Of a stretch of DNA of 64,000 nucleotides, positions 38,965 through 48,498 are shown in pieces. Where the stretch lies: NCBI GenBank assembly GCA_018333865.1, contig JAGXSE010000066.1:66919-130918 (forward strand), given 5' to 3'. This stretch comes from Syntrophomonadaceae bacterium. Its GTDB lineage: Bacteria > Bacillota > PH28-bin88. The position numbers and the translations under genes are program-made. Positions within the stretch are counted from its first letter, which is position 1; every line of letters starts with the position of its first letter. The notes beneath the pieces were generated by a model, which saw only the letters and a list, made by a program, of their open reading frames with translations, searched no databases and was not told the DNA's origin.

Positions 38965-39384
38965 ATGCTTAAGGATTTTCTACCACCAAAAGAGACAGCA
39001 GAAACAGGCCAAACCAGTCCTGCCGACGTGAGCCGTGACGAGAGACCTCCCGGCAAGGACTTTTTTTCCCGGTTTAAAGACTATCTGCTGATTGCCTTGC
39101 TGGCAGTGCTCATCTTTACGGTAGTAAATAACTATACCTTTGCCCGCCCTGGCTACAGTGTAGGTTGCGGCGGGTGCAGTACCGCCTCCGGGGCTGCCCT
39201 TTCTACGGAACAACTGCGCCAGCTAGGGCTTAAATACTACGCCGCTAACTATGGAGATACCGCTGTGGAGGCAGAGGTGCGTGACTTTGGCTGTCATCAG
39301 GAAATCTATATTTACAAAAACGGGCAGCTGGTTAAACGCCTTGCTTATCAGAGCGGTCAGCTTTACGTAATTCCGGAGGTGTAA
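38965..39384 (+). CDS. Small membrane-anchored hypothetical protein
   Basis: 139 aa. One TM helix (LLIALLAVLIFTVV) and a CGGC motif. Confidence 0.4.
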   Translation: MLKDFLPPKETAETGQTSPADVSRDERPPGKDFFSRFKDYLLIALLAVLIFTVVNNYTFARPGYSVGCGGCSTASGAALSTEQLRQLGLKYYAANYGDTAVEAEVRDFGCHQEIYIYKNGQLVKRLAYQSGQLYVIPEV

Positions 39385-39386
39385 GG

Positions 39387-40586
39387 ATGACCCTGTACCA
39401 GATCGCTGTCAATAACCTGCTTAGGCGCCGGAAAAAAATGCTTTTCCTCATGCTCGGGCTGGTTGTGGGTGTGGCCACGGTGGTTGGGCTTTTAACCATT
39501 GTCTGGGCCATGCGCCTGGAGCTTGGCGACCGGATTGACGAGTTTGGTGCCAATATTGTGATCACTCCGCAGGCCAAAGGGGCTACCCTAAATTATGGCG
39601 GTGTGCATGTTTCCGATATTACCTTTGATGTCGAACGGTTGATGGAGCATGATTTACCAAAGATAGACACGATCCCGGAGCGGAAGAGCATTAATATTAT
39701 CGCCCCGAAAATTATCGGGGCGGTGGAAACTAACGGGCAAAAAGCACTGCTGGTCGGCGTGGACGCCAGGCTGGAGTTTGCTCAGAAACCGTGGTTTTCC
39801 CTGCGCGAACAAGCGGGGCTGGCAGCCGGCGAGAAGCCGGGCAGTCTGTCATTGCTGGATGTCCCTGCTGATGGCCTGGTACTGGGTTCCTCCGCTGCCC
39901 AAAGACTCCGGGTCGCCGCCGGTGACACTTTAACCCTTAACGGCCAACCCTTTCAAGTCTTCGGCGTGTTAAACGAGACCGGTGGCCGGGAAGACGGGGT
40001 GCTGTACGCAAACCTGGATGTAGCCCAAGGGTTGCTTGGACGACCGGGTGAGCTTTCGCTGATTGATATTTCCGCTTACTGCAATTTCTGTCCGGTAGAG
40101 GAGATTGCCGCCCAGGTGGCTGCCGTTTTGCCGAACGCCCGGGTAACACCGCTCAGGCAGGCCGCCCTGTTTCGCGAGGAAACGATTGACCGCTTTGCCT
40201 CCTTTGGGCTTGCCCTGTCCGGAGCAGTGGTATTGGTAGCGGCATTGCTGGTGATGACAACGATGCTTTCCTCCGTTAGCGAGCGAACCAGGGAAATCGG
40301 TATTTTCCGCGCCCTTGGTTTCCGCCAGGCCCACATTATGCAGATTATTTTTCTGGAAGCGGGACTGGTCAGTTTTTTGGCCGGCCTGCTCGGTTACCTG
40401 CTGGGTAGTTCTGTCGCGCTGCTGGCAGGACCTTATCTGGCAGAACTGCAGGGATCGGTGCCCCTGCGCACTGACCTGATCCTGCCGGCCATATTGTTAT
40501 CTATCTTCCTGGCTGTCGCTGCCAGCGCCTATCCGGCCTTGAAGGCCGCCCGGCTGGACCCGGCGGAGGCTCTCCGGTTTATCTAA
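39387..40586 (+). CDS. ABC transporter permease, FtsX/MacB-like
   Basis: 399 aa. N-terminal TM, large periplasmic domain, C-terminal 3 TM with the FRALGF motif. Confidence 0.75.
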   Translation: MTLYQIAVNNLLRRRKKMLFLMLGLVVGVATVVGLLTIVWAMRLELGDRIDEFGANIVITPQAKGATLNYGGVHVSDITFDVERLMEHDLPKIDTIPERKSINIIAPKIIGAVETNGQKALLVGVDARLEFAQKPWFSLREQAGLAAGEKPGSLSLLDVPADGLVLGSSAAQRLRVAAGDTLTLNGQPFQVFGVLNETGGREDGVLYANLDVAQGLLGRPGELSLIDISAYCNFCPVEEIAAQVAAVLPNARVTPLRQAALFREETIDRFASFGLALSGAVVLVAALLVMTTMLSSVSERTREIGIFRALGFRQAHIMQIIFLEAGLVSFLAGLLGYLLGSSVALLAGPYLAELQGSVPLRTDLILPAILLSIFLAVAASAYPALKAARLDPAEALRFI

Positions 40587-40775
40587 GCCCTGCCGAACAT
40601 TATCATAGATAGCTACCCGCTCTAACCCTTCGCTTCTTAAAGCGGCGGGATAAGAGCGGCTACGCTACTATATTAACTGGCTCTAAGCTTCAGTGGGGGT
40701 AGCAATCCCCCTCTGAAGCCAAGACCCAGTTGAAGTAGCAGGATAATCTCTACTTGCGATTTAGGAGGTAAACTC

Positions 40776-41504
40776 ATGGCAGAAGTGATGATTGGGATCC
40801 AGGAACTGAAGAAAACCTATGGCTCTGCCGAAGGCGAGGTGCACGCGCTCCGTGGAGTTACTCTGGATATCCTTAAAGGTGAGGCGGTAGCGATAATGGG
40901 TCATTCCGGCTCGGGAAAAAGTACCTTGCTTAGCATCATCGGCGCCCTAAACCCGCCCAGTGCCGGTACGGTGAAAATCGACGGCATCGACATCTATGCC
41001 CTATCACAAGAAAGAAGGGCCGATTTCCGGCGCGAGTATCTGGGGTTTGTCTTCCAGCAGTTTCAGCTGATTCCCTATCTTACCGCCATGGAAAACGTGC
41101 TGCTGCCACTAGTGACCACCAGGTTTTCCAACAGGCAAAAAAGGGAGATGGCGGAGCAGGTGCTTTGCCGCGTAGGATTAGATGGAAAAATGCATCGCCT
41201 GCCCAACGCCCTTTCCGGCGGCGAGCAGGAACGGGTCGCTATTGCCCGCGCCCTGGTCAACAAGCCGCCACTAATCCTGGCCGACGAGCCGACGGGTAAC
41301 CTGGACAGTAAGACAGGCGAGGAAATTATGACGTTGTTTCGCAGGCTTAATGCAGACGGTCTGACCATCCTGATGGTAACCCACAATCCTGACAATACCC
41401 GTTATATGGGGCGAACCATCGTGGTTAAGGACGGGCGGATCTGTCACGACAAGGCAGAAATCATGGCCCTTGCCGCCAGCAGAAACGAACAGCAGGGAGG
41501 GTAA
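40776..41504 (+). CDS. ABC transporter ATP-binding protein (MacB/LolD-type)
   Basis: Walker A GHSGSGKST, Q-loop, signature LSGGEQERVAIARAL, Walker B ILADEPTG. Confidence 0.85.
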   Translation: MAEVMIGIQELKKTYGSAEGEVHALRGVTLDILKGEAVAIMGHSGSGKSTLLSIIGALNPPSAGTVKIDGIDIYALSQERRADFRREYLGFVFQQFQLIPYLTAMENVLLPLVTTRFSNRQKREMAEQVLCRVGLDGKMHRLPNALSGGEQERVAIARALVNKPPLILADEPTGNLDSKTGEEIMTLFRRLNADGLTILMVTHNPDNTRYMGRTIVVKDGRICHDKAEIMALAASRNEQQGG

Positions 41505-41505
41505 G

Positions 41506-42762
41506 ATGCAACTATACCATATTGCTTTAAATAACCTGTTCCGGCGCAAAGCCAAGACAATGTTCCTCCTGCTTGGTCTGGCCATCGGCCTGGCCACAAT
41601 GGTTGCCGTCTATAGCCTGCTAGAGGCGATGAAAGCAGAAATAACCCGCCAGGTGTCTCAATTTGGCGCTAATGTGGTCATTACGGCCGAAACGGGAGAG
41701 ATGGCTTTTTCCTACGGCGGAATTACTCTGCCGGAAGTATTGTTTGATGTGCAACAACTGACCATGGCCGATGTAGAGGCTGTGGAGAGCATTCCCGCCC
41801 GCAGGAAGATTCAGGCAGTCGCTCCCAAGCTCCTGGGTGTGACTTCGATTAACGGCAGGGAACTGATGGTAGCCGGCGTCCACCCGCAGGAAGAATTCCG
41901 GGTTAAGCCATGGTTGCGCCTGCAACAAACACCGGCCGCAGCCGAACGAATGCAGATGGCCAAAGAAGACGGCAAGGTGATGGAGCTTGATATTTACCTC
42001 TTGGACCTGGCCCGCCAAGACCCGACACAGATAGTTTTAGGGGACCGGCAGTTATTACTGGGATCCAGCGCCGCTAAAGCCCTGGAGGTTAACCCTGGCG
42101 ACCGCCTGAACATCCAGGGCACAGAGTTTGTGGTCTTTGGCCTGCTTAAGGAGAACGGTACCCTGGAAGATGAGCAGGTAATCATGAATCTGGCCGCCGC
42201 CCAAAAACTGCTTGGAATGCCACAAAAAGTAACAGTAATTGAGCTGGCGGTTGACGACCCTGCAGGTACAGAGCAAGCCCTGCTGGCTGACCTTAAGGCA
42301 AGGCTCCCCCACGCCAAAATAACCAGCGTGCGCCAGGAAACACTGCGCCGCGACGAGTTGTTAACCAGAATGGCCCGCTTTGGGTTGACCCTTTCCGTCC
42401 TGGTCCTCTTTACCAGCATCCTGGTTGTCACCCTGGCTATCTCCGGCGCCGTCCGCGAGCGGACCCGGGAAATCGGCCTTTTCCGGGCACTGGGCTTCCG
42501 CCAGTCCCATGTGGCAAACATCATTTTATTGGAAACCCTGTTAATCAGCCTGGGCGGCGGGGTCTTGGGCTATGCGGCGGGGATGCTGATAGCTCATGGT
42601 ACCGGCCCCATGCTCATCTCTGGCACTCTTACCGTCGCCTGGCGGCTTGAATTGCTGGCTGGCACCATGCTGCTGTCAGCAACCATCGGCCTTTTAGCCG
42701 GCATTTTTCCGGCACGCCAGGCCGCCAGGCTGGATCCGGCCGAAGCCTTGCGCTTCATTTAA
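41506..42762 (+). CDS. Second FtsX/MacB-like ABC permease
   Basis: Paralogous to 39387-40586 (MQLYHIALNNLFRRKAKTMF.. FRALGFRQSH). ATG at 41506 immediately after the ATPase gene. Confidence 0.75.
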   Translation: MQLYHIALNNLFRRKAKTMFLLLGLAIGLATMVAVYSLLEAMKAEITRQVSQFGANVVITAETGEMAFSYGGITLPEVLFDVQQLTMADVEAVESIPARRKIQAVAPKLLGVTSINGRELMVAGVHPQEEFRVKPWLRLQQTPAAAERMQMAKEDGKVMELDIYLLDLARQDPTQIVLGDRQLLLGSSAAKALEVNPGDRLNIQGTEFVVFGLLKENGTLEDEQVIMNLAAAQKLLGMPQKVTVIELAVDDPAGTEQALLADLKARLPHAKITSVRQETLRRDELLTRMARFGLTLSVLVLFTSILVVTLAISGAVRERTREIGLFRALGFRQSHVANIILLETLLISLGGGVLGYAAGMLIAHGTGPMLISGTLTVAWRLELLAGTMLLSATIGLLAGIFPARQAARLDPAEALRFI

Positions 42763-42831
42763 CAGCCTGGAAAACTGGCAGCCATCGATGATATAATTAA
42801 TCAGCTCCAAAAATAAAAGAGGTGGATCCCC

Positions 42832-43449
42832 GTGGAAAAAGACAAAAGCGCTGCCGTCCGGGAGAAATACGACAGGAAAGCGGCCAGCTACGACTGCTTG
42901 CTTTTGCCGATGGAAAAAATGGCGATGGGAAAGTGGCGAAAAAAGTTATGCTCTAAAGCCAGGGGACTTGTTTTGGAAGCAGGGGTAGGCACAGGCGCCA
43001 ACCTTCCTTATTATCCTGCGGATATTACTGTAATTGGAGTTGACTTTAGTCCCAAAATGCTGGCTAAGGCTCAAAAAAAGCTGCCTCATACAAAAGCGCA
43101 GGTGGAACTAAGGCTAGCAGATATCCAGGACTTACCCTTCCCGGACCATACTTTTGATAATGTCATCACTGCCTGTGTTTTTTGTTCTGTGCCTGACCCA
43201 ATCCAGGGGCTGAAAGAGTTGCGCCGGGTAACCAAGCCAAACGGCCAGCTGTTTTTTTTGGAGCATGTCCGGAGCAAAAACTTCATCCTTGGTCCGGCAA
43301 TGGACTGGCTTAATCCCCCTTTGCATCGGCTGTTTGGGACCAATATCAACAGGAAGACTGAAAACAATATGGTTCTGGCAGGCCTGACTATAATTGCGGT
43401 CGAGAATTTATTTGGCGACATCGTGAAATTGATTACGGCGGTACCATAA
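42832..43449 (+). CDS. Class I SAM-dependent methyltransferase
   Basis: VLEAGVGTGAN is SAM-binding motif I, plus a Methyltransf_11-like core. Confidence 0.7.
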   Translation: MEKDKSAAVREKYDRKAASYDCLLLPMEKMAMGKWRKKLCSKARGLVLEAGVGTGANLPYYPADITVIGVDFSPKMLAKAQKKLPHTKAQVELRLADIQDLPFPDHTFDNVITACVFCSVPDPIQGLKELRRVTKPNGQLFFLEHVRSKNFILGPAMDWLNPPLHRLFGTNINRKTENNMVLAGLTIIAVENLFGDIVKLITAVP

Positions 43450-43755
43450 ATACCTCTCTCCCTCCCGCGAAAAAGCTAAGAAAAAGCTGTAGCTTAATCT
43501 CACGCGGCCGCTATGACAAGACAAAACCCGCAGCGCTACTCCGGTCGGTAGAGCGCACCTCCAGCCTAGCGTCGATGCACTCTTTCAATTGAAAAACTCT
43601 TTTTTAAAAAGAGTCTCCAAAATCACCTGGCGGTCTTTAGAATCAGCAGTCAGCAGTTTCCGGAACTCGCCCTGAGGCAGCATTACAACCTGGCGAAACT
43701 GGCTGCTTCTAAATCCCAGGAGTTTTTCTATTGCTTCAGTATAAACCAGCACCGC

Positions 43756-43989
43756 ATGAAGTATGACTATTTCCGCTCTCTTGGCCTTTGCGTAGGTTCT
43801 GGCGTAGTGGAAGCGAGCTGCCGGGTGGTCATTGGTCAACGCCTCAAACAATCTGGGATGTTCTGGAGCTTAAATGGTGCTAACGCTATCGTTGCACTGC
43901 GCTCCAGTCTGCTAAGTGGCAGATTTGACGATTTCTGTGCACGCTACAGGACTAACAATTACAGGGTTCCCCAAAAGGCTATTCCATGA
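43756..43989 (+). pseudogene. Probable C-terminal remnant of an IS transposase
   Basis: GSGVVEASCRVVIGQRLKQSGMFWSLNGANAIVALRSSLLSGRFDDF resembles the conserved C-terminal block of certain IS transposases, recalled from memory. No upstream catalytic region is present. Confidence 0.3.
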
Positions 43990-44008
43990 TAAGTTGCCAG
44001 TTATTTAC

Positions 44009-44440
44009 TCATAAAATTGTCGTGCACCCATAACTTGGTTGCAGGTATTTGCCTGCAAATTCAGCAATGGTCATCACCTCTGGTCTTTCGATGTCAACCG
44101 CCGAAAAGTCCTTATCGCCGGTAACAAAGACATCAACGTCAGCAATGATTGCCGAAGCCAAGATGGGATAATCCTTTTTATCCCTGATTTTCGGGTAGAT
44201 GTCGGGGTCAATTTCCGTAGGAGTGAACGCTATCTCGAAGCTTAGCCTGCTCATGAATTTGTCGAATATAGATTTTTTATGAGGAAATTTCATCTCGATA
44301 ACCATCTGCAATTCTTCGATGATCTGGCTGCTTAACACGATATTGAATTCGTCCGCGATCTTTTGCGTCAACTCCGCGAGGCGCGTGCCGCCGAATATGC
44401 CAACTGATATAAGAATGTTAGTGTCAAGCATTACCCTCAT
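44009..44440 (-). CDS. PIN-domain (VapC-like) toxin
   Basis: 143 aa. N-terminal MLDTNILI and acidic residues of the PIN fold. Overlaps the upstream antitoxin gene. Confidence 0.65.
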   Translation of the reverse strand: MRVMLDTNILISVGIFGGTRLAELTQKIADEFNIVLSSQIIEELQMVIEMKFPHKKSIFDKFMSRLSFEIAFTPTEIDPDIYPKIRDKKDYPILASAIIADVDVFVTGDKDFSAVDIERPEVMTIAEFAGKYLQPSYGCTTIL

Positions 44441-44714
44441 ATCTTTCCTCCCAAATCCTCTGTCTCACCTCTCTAACCAAATCAACGATGTCCTGCTCGC
44501 TGTTGATTCCGGCTCTTTCGGCTTCTCCGGCCATTTCTCTTTGAAACTCATTAAAAGCAAGCCTGTTTGAATTGATCAGGATGACATTGTTGTCCTTTTC
44601 TAGAAAAATAACCTTATCGCCCTCTTTTAAACCGAGCTTTTTCCGGATTTCAATGGGGATTGTTATCTGTCCCTTCGATGAAATTCTCGCGACATCCACA
44701 TTAACACCTACCAT
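44424..44714 (-). CDS. AbrB/SpoVT/MazE-type antitoxin
   Basis: ISSKGQITIPIEIRKKLGLKEGDKV is a swapped-hairpin AbrB motif. Start at MVGVNVD (44714). Confidence 0.6.
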   Translation of the reverse strand: MVGVNVDVARISSKGQITIPIEIRKKLGLKEGDKVIFLEKDNNVILINSNRLAFNEFQREMAGEAERAGINSEQDIVDLVREVRQRIWEERYEGNA

Positions 44715-44863
44715 CTTTATTTTCTTTACTTTCTTTATTATACCGCAATCAGCGAGAAGGTCAATTTTATTTTCCTGCAATTAGGTAGTTATAGGCATTC
44801 CATATCTAAATATTTAAATCCCGGCAATCCCCCACCCGCAGCAGCTTCCCGATGAAACACTGA

Positions 44864-45574
44864 TCAACTCTTGGCCGTCAGCAGATCCGCCAATTTCCCA
44901 GCTTGTTCCTGGATATAGAGGTGGTCCCTTTCTTCTCTGGGCCGGTCAAGGTCTAACCTGGTTATGACCCGGCCCGGTTTTCCAGCCAGAATGATCGCTG
45001 TGTCGGCTAGCAGCACAGCATCCTGTGGTTCATGGGTGACATAGATCATGCTGGCAGGACGCCAGGCCAGCAATTCCAACAGCATTTGCTGCAAAGAACC
45101 TTTAAGTCCAAGATCCAGCCCTGTGAAAGGCTCGTCCAGCAAAAGCAAATCCGGTTCTATAACAAAGGCCCTGGCTATTGCCACCCTTTGGCGCATCCCG
45201 CCGCTTAGCTGAGCCGGGTAATAATGTTCAAAACCCTGCAACCCCAACCTCTTAAGCATTGCCGCAGCTCTTTCTGTCTGTTCTTTGCCTGTCAGCATTT
45301 TATTGCTTTTAAGCACAAGGGTGACATTGGCCAGAGCTGTCCGCCACGGGAGCAGCCTGGGTTCTTGAAAAATAAAACCGATTTTTCGCCGGTCAGACCG
45401 TACTTCCCCGGCATCAGGTTTGATGGTGCCGGCAGCAATGCGCAAGACCGTTGTCTTGCCGATTCCCGAAGAGCCGAGGATGGCCAAAATCCGGTTATCT
45501 TCCAGTTTAAAGGAAATAGCATCCAAAATGGTGCGTTTGTCAAAGGACTTGGTAACGTTATTAAATTCCAGCAT
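44864..45574 (-). CDS. ABC transporter ATP-binding protein (NitT/TauT family)
   Basis: GSSGIGKTT, LSGGMRQRVAIARAF, LLLDEPF. Confidence 0.85.
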   Translation of the reverse strand: MLEFNNVTKSFDKRTILDAISFKLEDNRILAILGSSGIGKTTVLRIAAGTIKPDAGEVRSDRRKIGFIFQEPRLLPWRTALANVTLVLKSNKMLTGKEQTERAAAMLKRLGLQGFEHYYPAQLSGGMRQRVAIARAFVIEPDLLLLDEPFTGLDLGLKGSLQQMLLELLAWRPASMIYVTHEPQDAVLLADTAIILAGKPGRVITRLDLDRPREERDHLYIQEQAGKLADLLTAKS

Positions 45575-45580
45575 TGCAGG

Positions 45581-46357
45581 TTACCTCCCGGCCTGCCACT
45601 TCAAGAGATTTCTTTTTACCAGATAAAGCAGGCCTCCTTCAATAATCAAAACAGCAGCAGCCATGATCAAAAGCCAGGCAAAAATCTCCTCCGTTGCCAG
45701 ATGCACCCTGGCGATGCTCAAGGCATTCCCAATTCCTGTATTCATACCCACAATAATCTCGGCCATAATTATCAGCCGCACTGTCAACCCAGCAGCCAGC
45801 AGAACAATCGGCAATACCGAGTATATTACCGCAGGCAAGAATCCCTCCCAAAACTGTACTGCTTTAGATGCCTTAAAAGCCCCGAACATCTCCATGAGAT
45901 CCCTATCCACTGATCTCATGGCAGTCACTGTTCCGCCATACAGCAGTGGAAACCCCAGTGCTACCGCTGTCGCCACTGTTTGCACTGTACCGCCGCCAAA
46001 TAAAAAAATTACCAGCAAGGTCATGGCTACCGGAGGAATGGCAATCAGGATATCCCTGGCCGGTTTGATGATCTGCTCAAGCCATGGATTGAACCCGGCT
46101 AACATCCCGATAGCTATGCCGGTAACTGTCAGCAAAATCAGCGCCAACAGCACCCGGTAAAAAGTATTAGCGATATCAGCTACTGCCTCAGGCGAGCTTA
46201 ACAGGCCAACCACAGCCGTCAGGGTCTCGCCTGGTGACGGCACAAAAATCGGGCTGTAGATCAGTGACATCAGTCGCCATAACCCAGTTAAGGCTAAAGT
46301 GCCGAGGATCATCCAAAAATAAGATGGTATTGTTATTGATTTCCATAGCTTGATCAT
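45581..46357 (-). CDS. ABC transporter permease (NitT/TauT family)
   Basis: 258 aa, 6 TM, BPD_transp_1-like. Confidence 0.75.
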   Translation of the reverse strand: MIKLWKSITIPSYFWMILGTLALTGLWRLMSLIYSPIFVPSPGETLTAVVGLLSSPEAVADIANTFYRVLLALILLTVTGIAIGMLAGFNPWLEQIIKPARDILIAIPPVAMTLLVIFLFGGGTVQTVATAVALGFPLLYGGTVTAMRSVDRDLMEMFGAFKASKAVQFWEGFLPAVIYSVLPIVLLAAGLTVRLIIMAEIIVGMNTGIGNALSIARVHLATEEIFAWLLIMAAAVLIIEGGLLYLVKRNLLKWQAGR

Positions 46358-47145
46358 TCGCCAAAACCCGCCTTCATTATTTTACCCGGCAGTCTCCACC
46401 GCTGCAAATGCCTGGCGACCGGCTTTACTATTGCTAATTCTATCCCGGCGACTACCAGCAAGCAGACTGCCACCCAGGCGAAAAGCTCAGCTGTATCCAG
46501 GCTGAACCGGGTCATAGCCATGGCATAGCCCACCCCGTCGTTACTCCCCAGGAGCTCTGCCATAACTGTCTTACGAAAGGCTGTGCCGGCAGCAAAAGCA
46601 AAGCCGGCTAAAATTGCGGTGGCCAGAGCCGGCAGGTAAACACTCCACCACAAGCACCACTTTGAAATACGGTAAACCGCCGCCATCTCAAGGAGATGTT
46701 CGTCGATTAACCCCACCCCTTCTACTACACTGATATACATGATCGGAAAGGTAAAAAGGGCGGTGATAAAGATGGCCACCCCGGAGCCTACCCCGAACCA
46801 CACCATTGCCAGCATCACCACGATCACAGCCGGAAAGGTTAACAATGCCCCGATCAAAGGCTTAAGCAGATAATAAAGAGGCTTGCTGAAACCCGCAGCA
46901 GCGCCGGCAAAGAAACCGAGCGCTGCGCCAATGGCAAATCCGGTTAAAGACCTGTGCCAGGAAACCGCAAGATGTTGCCATAGTTTACCTGTTTCAGCCA
47001 GATGGATCAGGCTGTCCATAACCGTATTCAGGTGCGGCAAACCTCCAGCAGCAATTCTAATGGCCAGTATCTCCCATACCAGCAAGATAATTGCTAACCC
47101 CACCAAATAAAAGAGCCTATTTAGGCTGCCAATAGAAGCCCGCAT
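46354..47145 (-). CDS. ABC transporter permease (second NitT/TauT-type subunit)
   Basis: 263 aa. Paralogous membrane topology. 4-nt overlap with the downstream permease. Confidence 0.75.
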   Translation of the reverse strand: MRASIGSLNRLFYLVGLAIILLVWEILAIRIAAGGLPHLNTVMDSLIHLAETGKLWQHLAVSWHRSLTGFAIGAALGFFAGAAAGFSKPLYYLLKPLIGALLTFPAVIVVMLAMVWFGVGSGVAIFITALFTFPIMYISVVEGVGLIDEHLLEMAAVYRISKWCLWWSVYLPALATAILAGFAFAAGTAFRKTVMAELLGSNDGVGYAMAMTRFSLDTAELFAWVAVCLLVVAGIELAIVKPVARHLQRWRLPGKIMKAGFGE

Positions 47146-48475
47146 CTGGCAATTTCCCTCCGATAATATCAGGTGCTAATTCCTGTAACCGGCTAAAGTA
47201 AAACTCCAGCTCCGGCCTGACTTCGATGGCAGGAATCGCTCTCAGCTCAGAAAACTGCAGGGCGCTTGCTGCCGCCGGGGCTCTTAAGCCCTCGATCCCC
47301 TTTTCGGCCAGGGCTCCCATTCCGTCCGGGTTTGATAAGGCCCAGGTAGCTGCCTGGCTGTAGGCTTCGTTGAAGGCCTTAATCAGGTCATCCCGGCCAG
47401 TAATCGCAGGCAAGGCTACGATGCCGGCCTGGGGCATCCGGTCGGCAGTTCTTGTCACCTCTCCCCACACTTTCCGCAATGGGATCAACCTTTCCAGAGT
47501 CCGCCCCTCCTGGCGGGCCCTCTGCAGGGCTGAAGTCGCGGCAGGCTCGGATAACACGGCAAACCTGGCCCTGCCCGTTGCCAATAGGCCTGCCGCCTCC
47601 ATCGGTGAAGGGACGTACTCGATCTGTAAATCCCTGGCAATATCCAAGCCTTTGCCAGCTGCCAGGAAACGGAAAACAAGATCGGGGGTGTCTCCTCTGG
47701 AAGGAATGATGAGCCTTTGCCCTTTAAGATCCGCCAAGGATTTAACCGGCGCTCCTCCCTCGCCGACGATATAGAGGTTCCCCCAGACAGAAACATTGAC
47801 CAGTTTGAGTTTGATCCCCCTGTTATACAGGTTTGCCGCCACATATGTAGGCATGGCCGCAAAGTGCATCTCTCCAGTTAGAGCCTGTGCCCGCAGCATA
47901 TCAACCGTACGGGCAATGTGCACTTGAGTCTGGCTGGTGATACTACTTAAAGCATCGGTATCCATAAGACGCAGGAAAGGAAAGGTCAGCGGAGCTATCG
48001 GCCCGAGAAGGTTTAGCCGGTCCAGCCTGCTCGTCAGGGAAACCCTCCTGGCCTTGCCGTCCCACGTTACCCCATAGCCCAGGGTCTCACTGATAAACCT
48101 TAATGGAACCAGGGTGCGCCCGCCTGCTATGACCACCGGGGAGTCCAGCGCGACTTGCCGGCCATTATGGGTGGCCTTATCTGAGCCAACGGTCAGGACG
48201 ATCCTGTTGCCGCCTTTTTCGACTGTTACCGTTCTCCTTGCAGCATCCCAGTCCACTGCAGCTCCGGAAATACCGGCAATCGCTTTTAGCGGCACCATCA
48301 CCCTTTCCCTGACTATTTGCGGGGCCACATCAAACACCACCGGCCGCCCGTCTATTCTAACGGTGACATCCCTGCCGGTAGCCATGGCATTTTCGCCTGA
48401 CGCAGTTGCCAGCAAAAGCACTGCCAATACAAGCAGAAATACTTTAAGGAACCTGTTTTGAAGCATCAAATTCAT
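47117..48475 (-). CDS. Substrate-binding protein: signal peptide plus copper-amine-oxidase-N-terminal-like stalk domain fused to an NMT1/TauA-like binding domain
   Basis: 452 aa. Signal. The VTVRIDGRPVVFDV...VPLKAIAGISGAAVDWD..LVPLRFISETLGYGVTWD segment is typical of the Cu_amine_oxidN1 domain. The C-terminal half is an SBP of the nitrate/sulfonate/bicarbonate type. Confidence 0.6.
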   Translation of the reverse strand: MNLMLQNRFLKVFLLVLAVLLLATASGENAMATGRDVTVRIDGRPVVFDVAPQIVRERVMVPLKAIAGISGAAVDWDAARRTVTVEKGGNRIVLTVGSDKATHNGRQVALDSPVVIAGGRTLVPLRFISETLGYGVTWDGKARRVSLTSRLDRLNLLGPIAPLTFPFLRLMDTDALSSITSQTQVHIARTVDMLRAQALTGEMHFAAMPTYVAANLYNRGIKLKLVNVSVWGNLYIVGEGGAPVKSLADLKGQRLIIPSRGDTPDLVFRFLAAGKGLDIARDLQIEYVPSPMEAAGLLATGRARFAVLSEPAATSALQRARQEGRTLERLIPLRKVWGEVTRTADRMPQAGIVALPAITGRDDLIKAFNEAYSQAATWALSNPDGMGALAEKGIEGLRAPAAASALQFSELRAIPAIEVRPELEFYFSRLQELAPDIIGGKLPDAGFYWQPK

Positions 48476-48498
48476 CTCCTTTCAAAATTAAATTCCTG

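Noticed and set aside
43585-43851. Minus-strand 88 aa ORF as a real gene
   Set aside because: Only its last about 27 residues resemble SbcC, and the rest is unrelated. It overlaps the more convincing transposase-like fragment on the other strand, so it is treated as a chimeric remnant rather than a gene.
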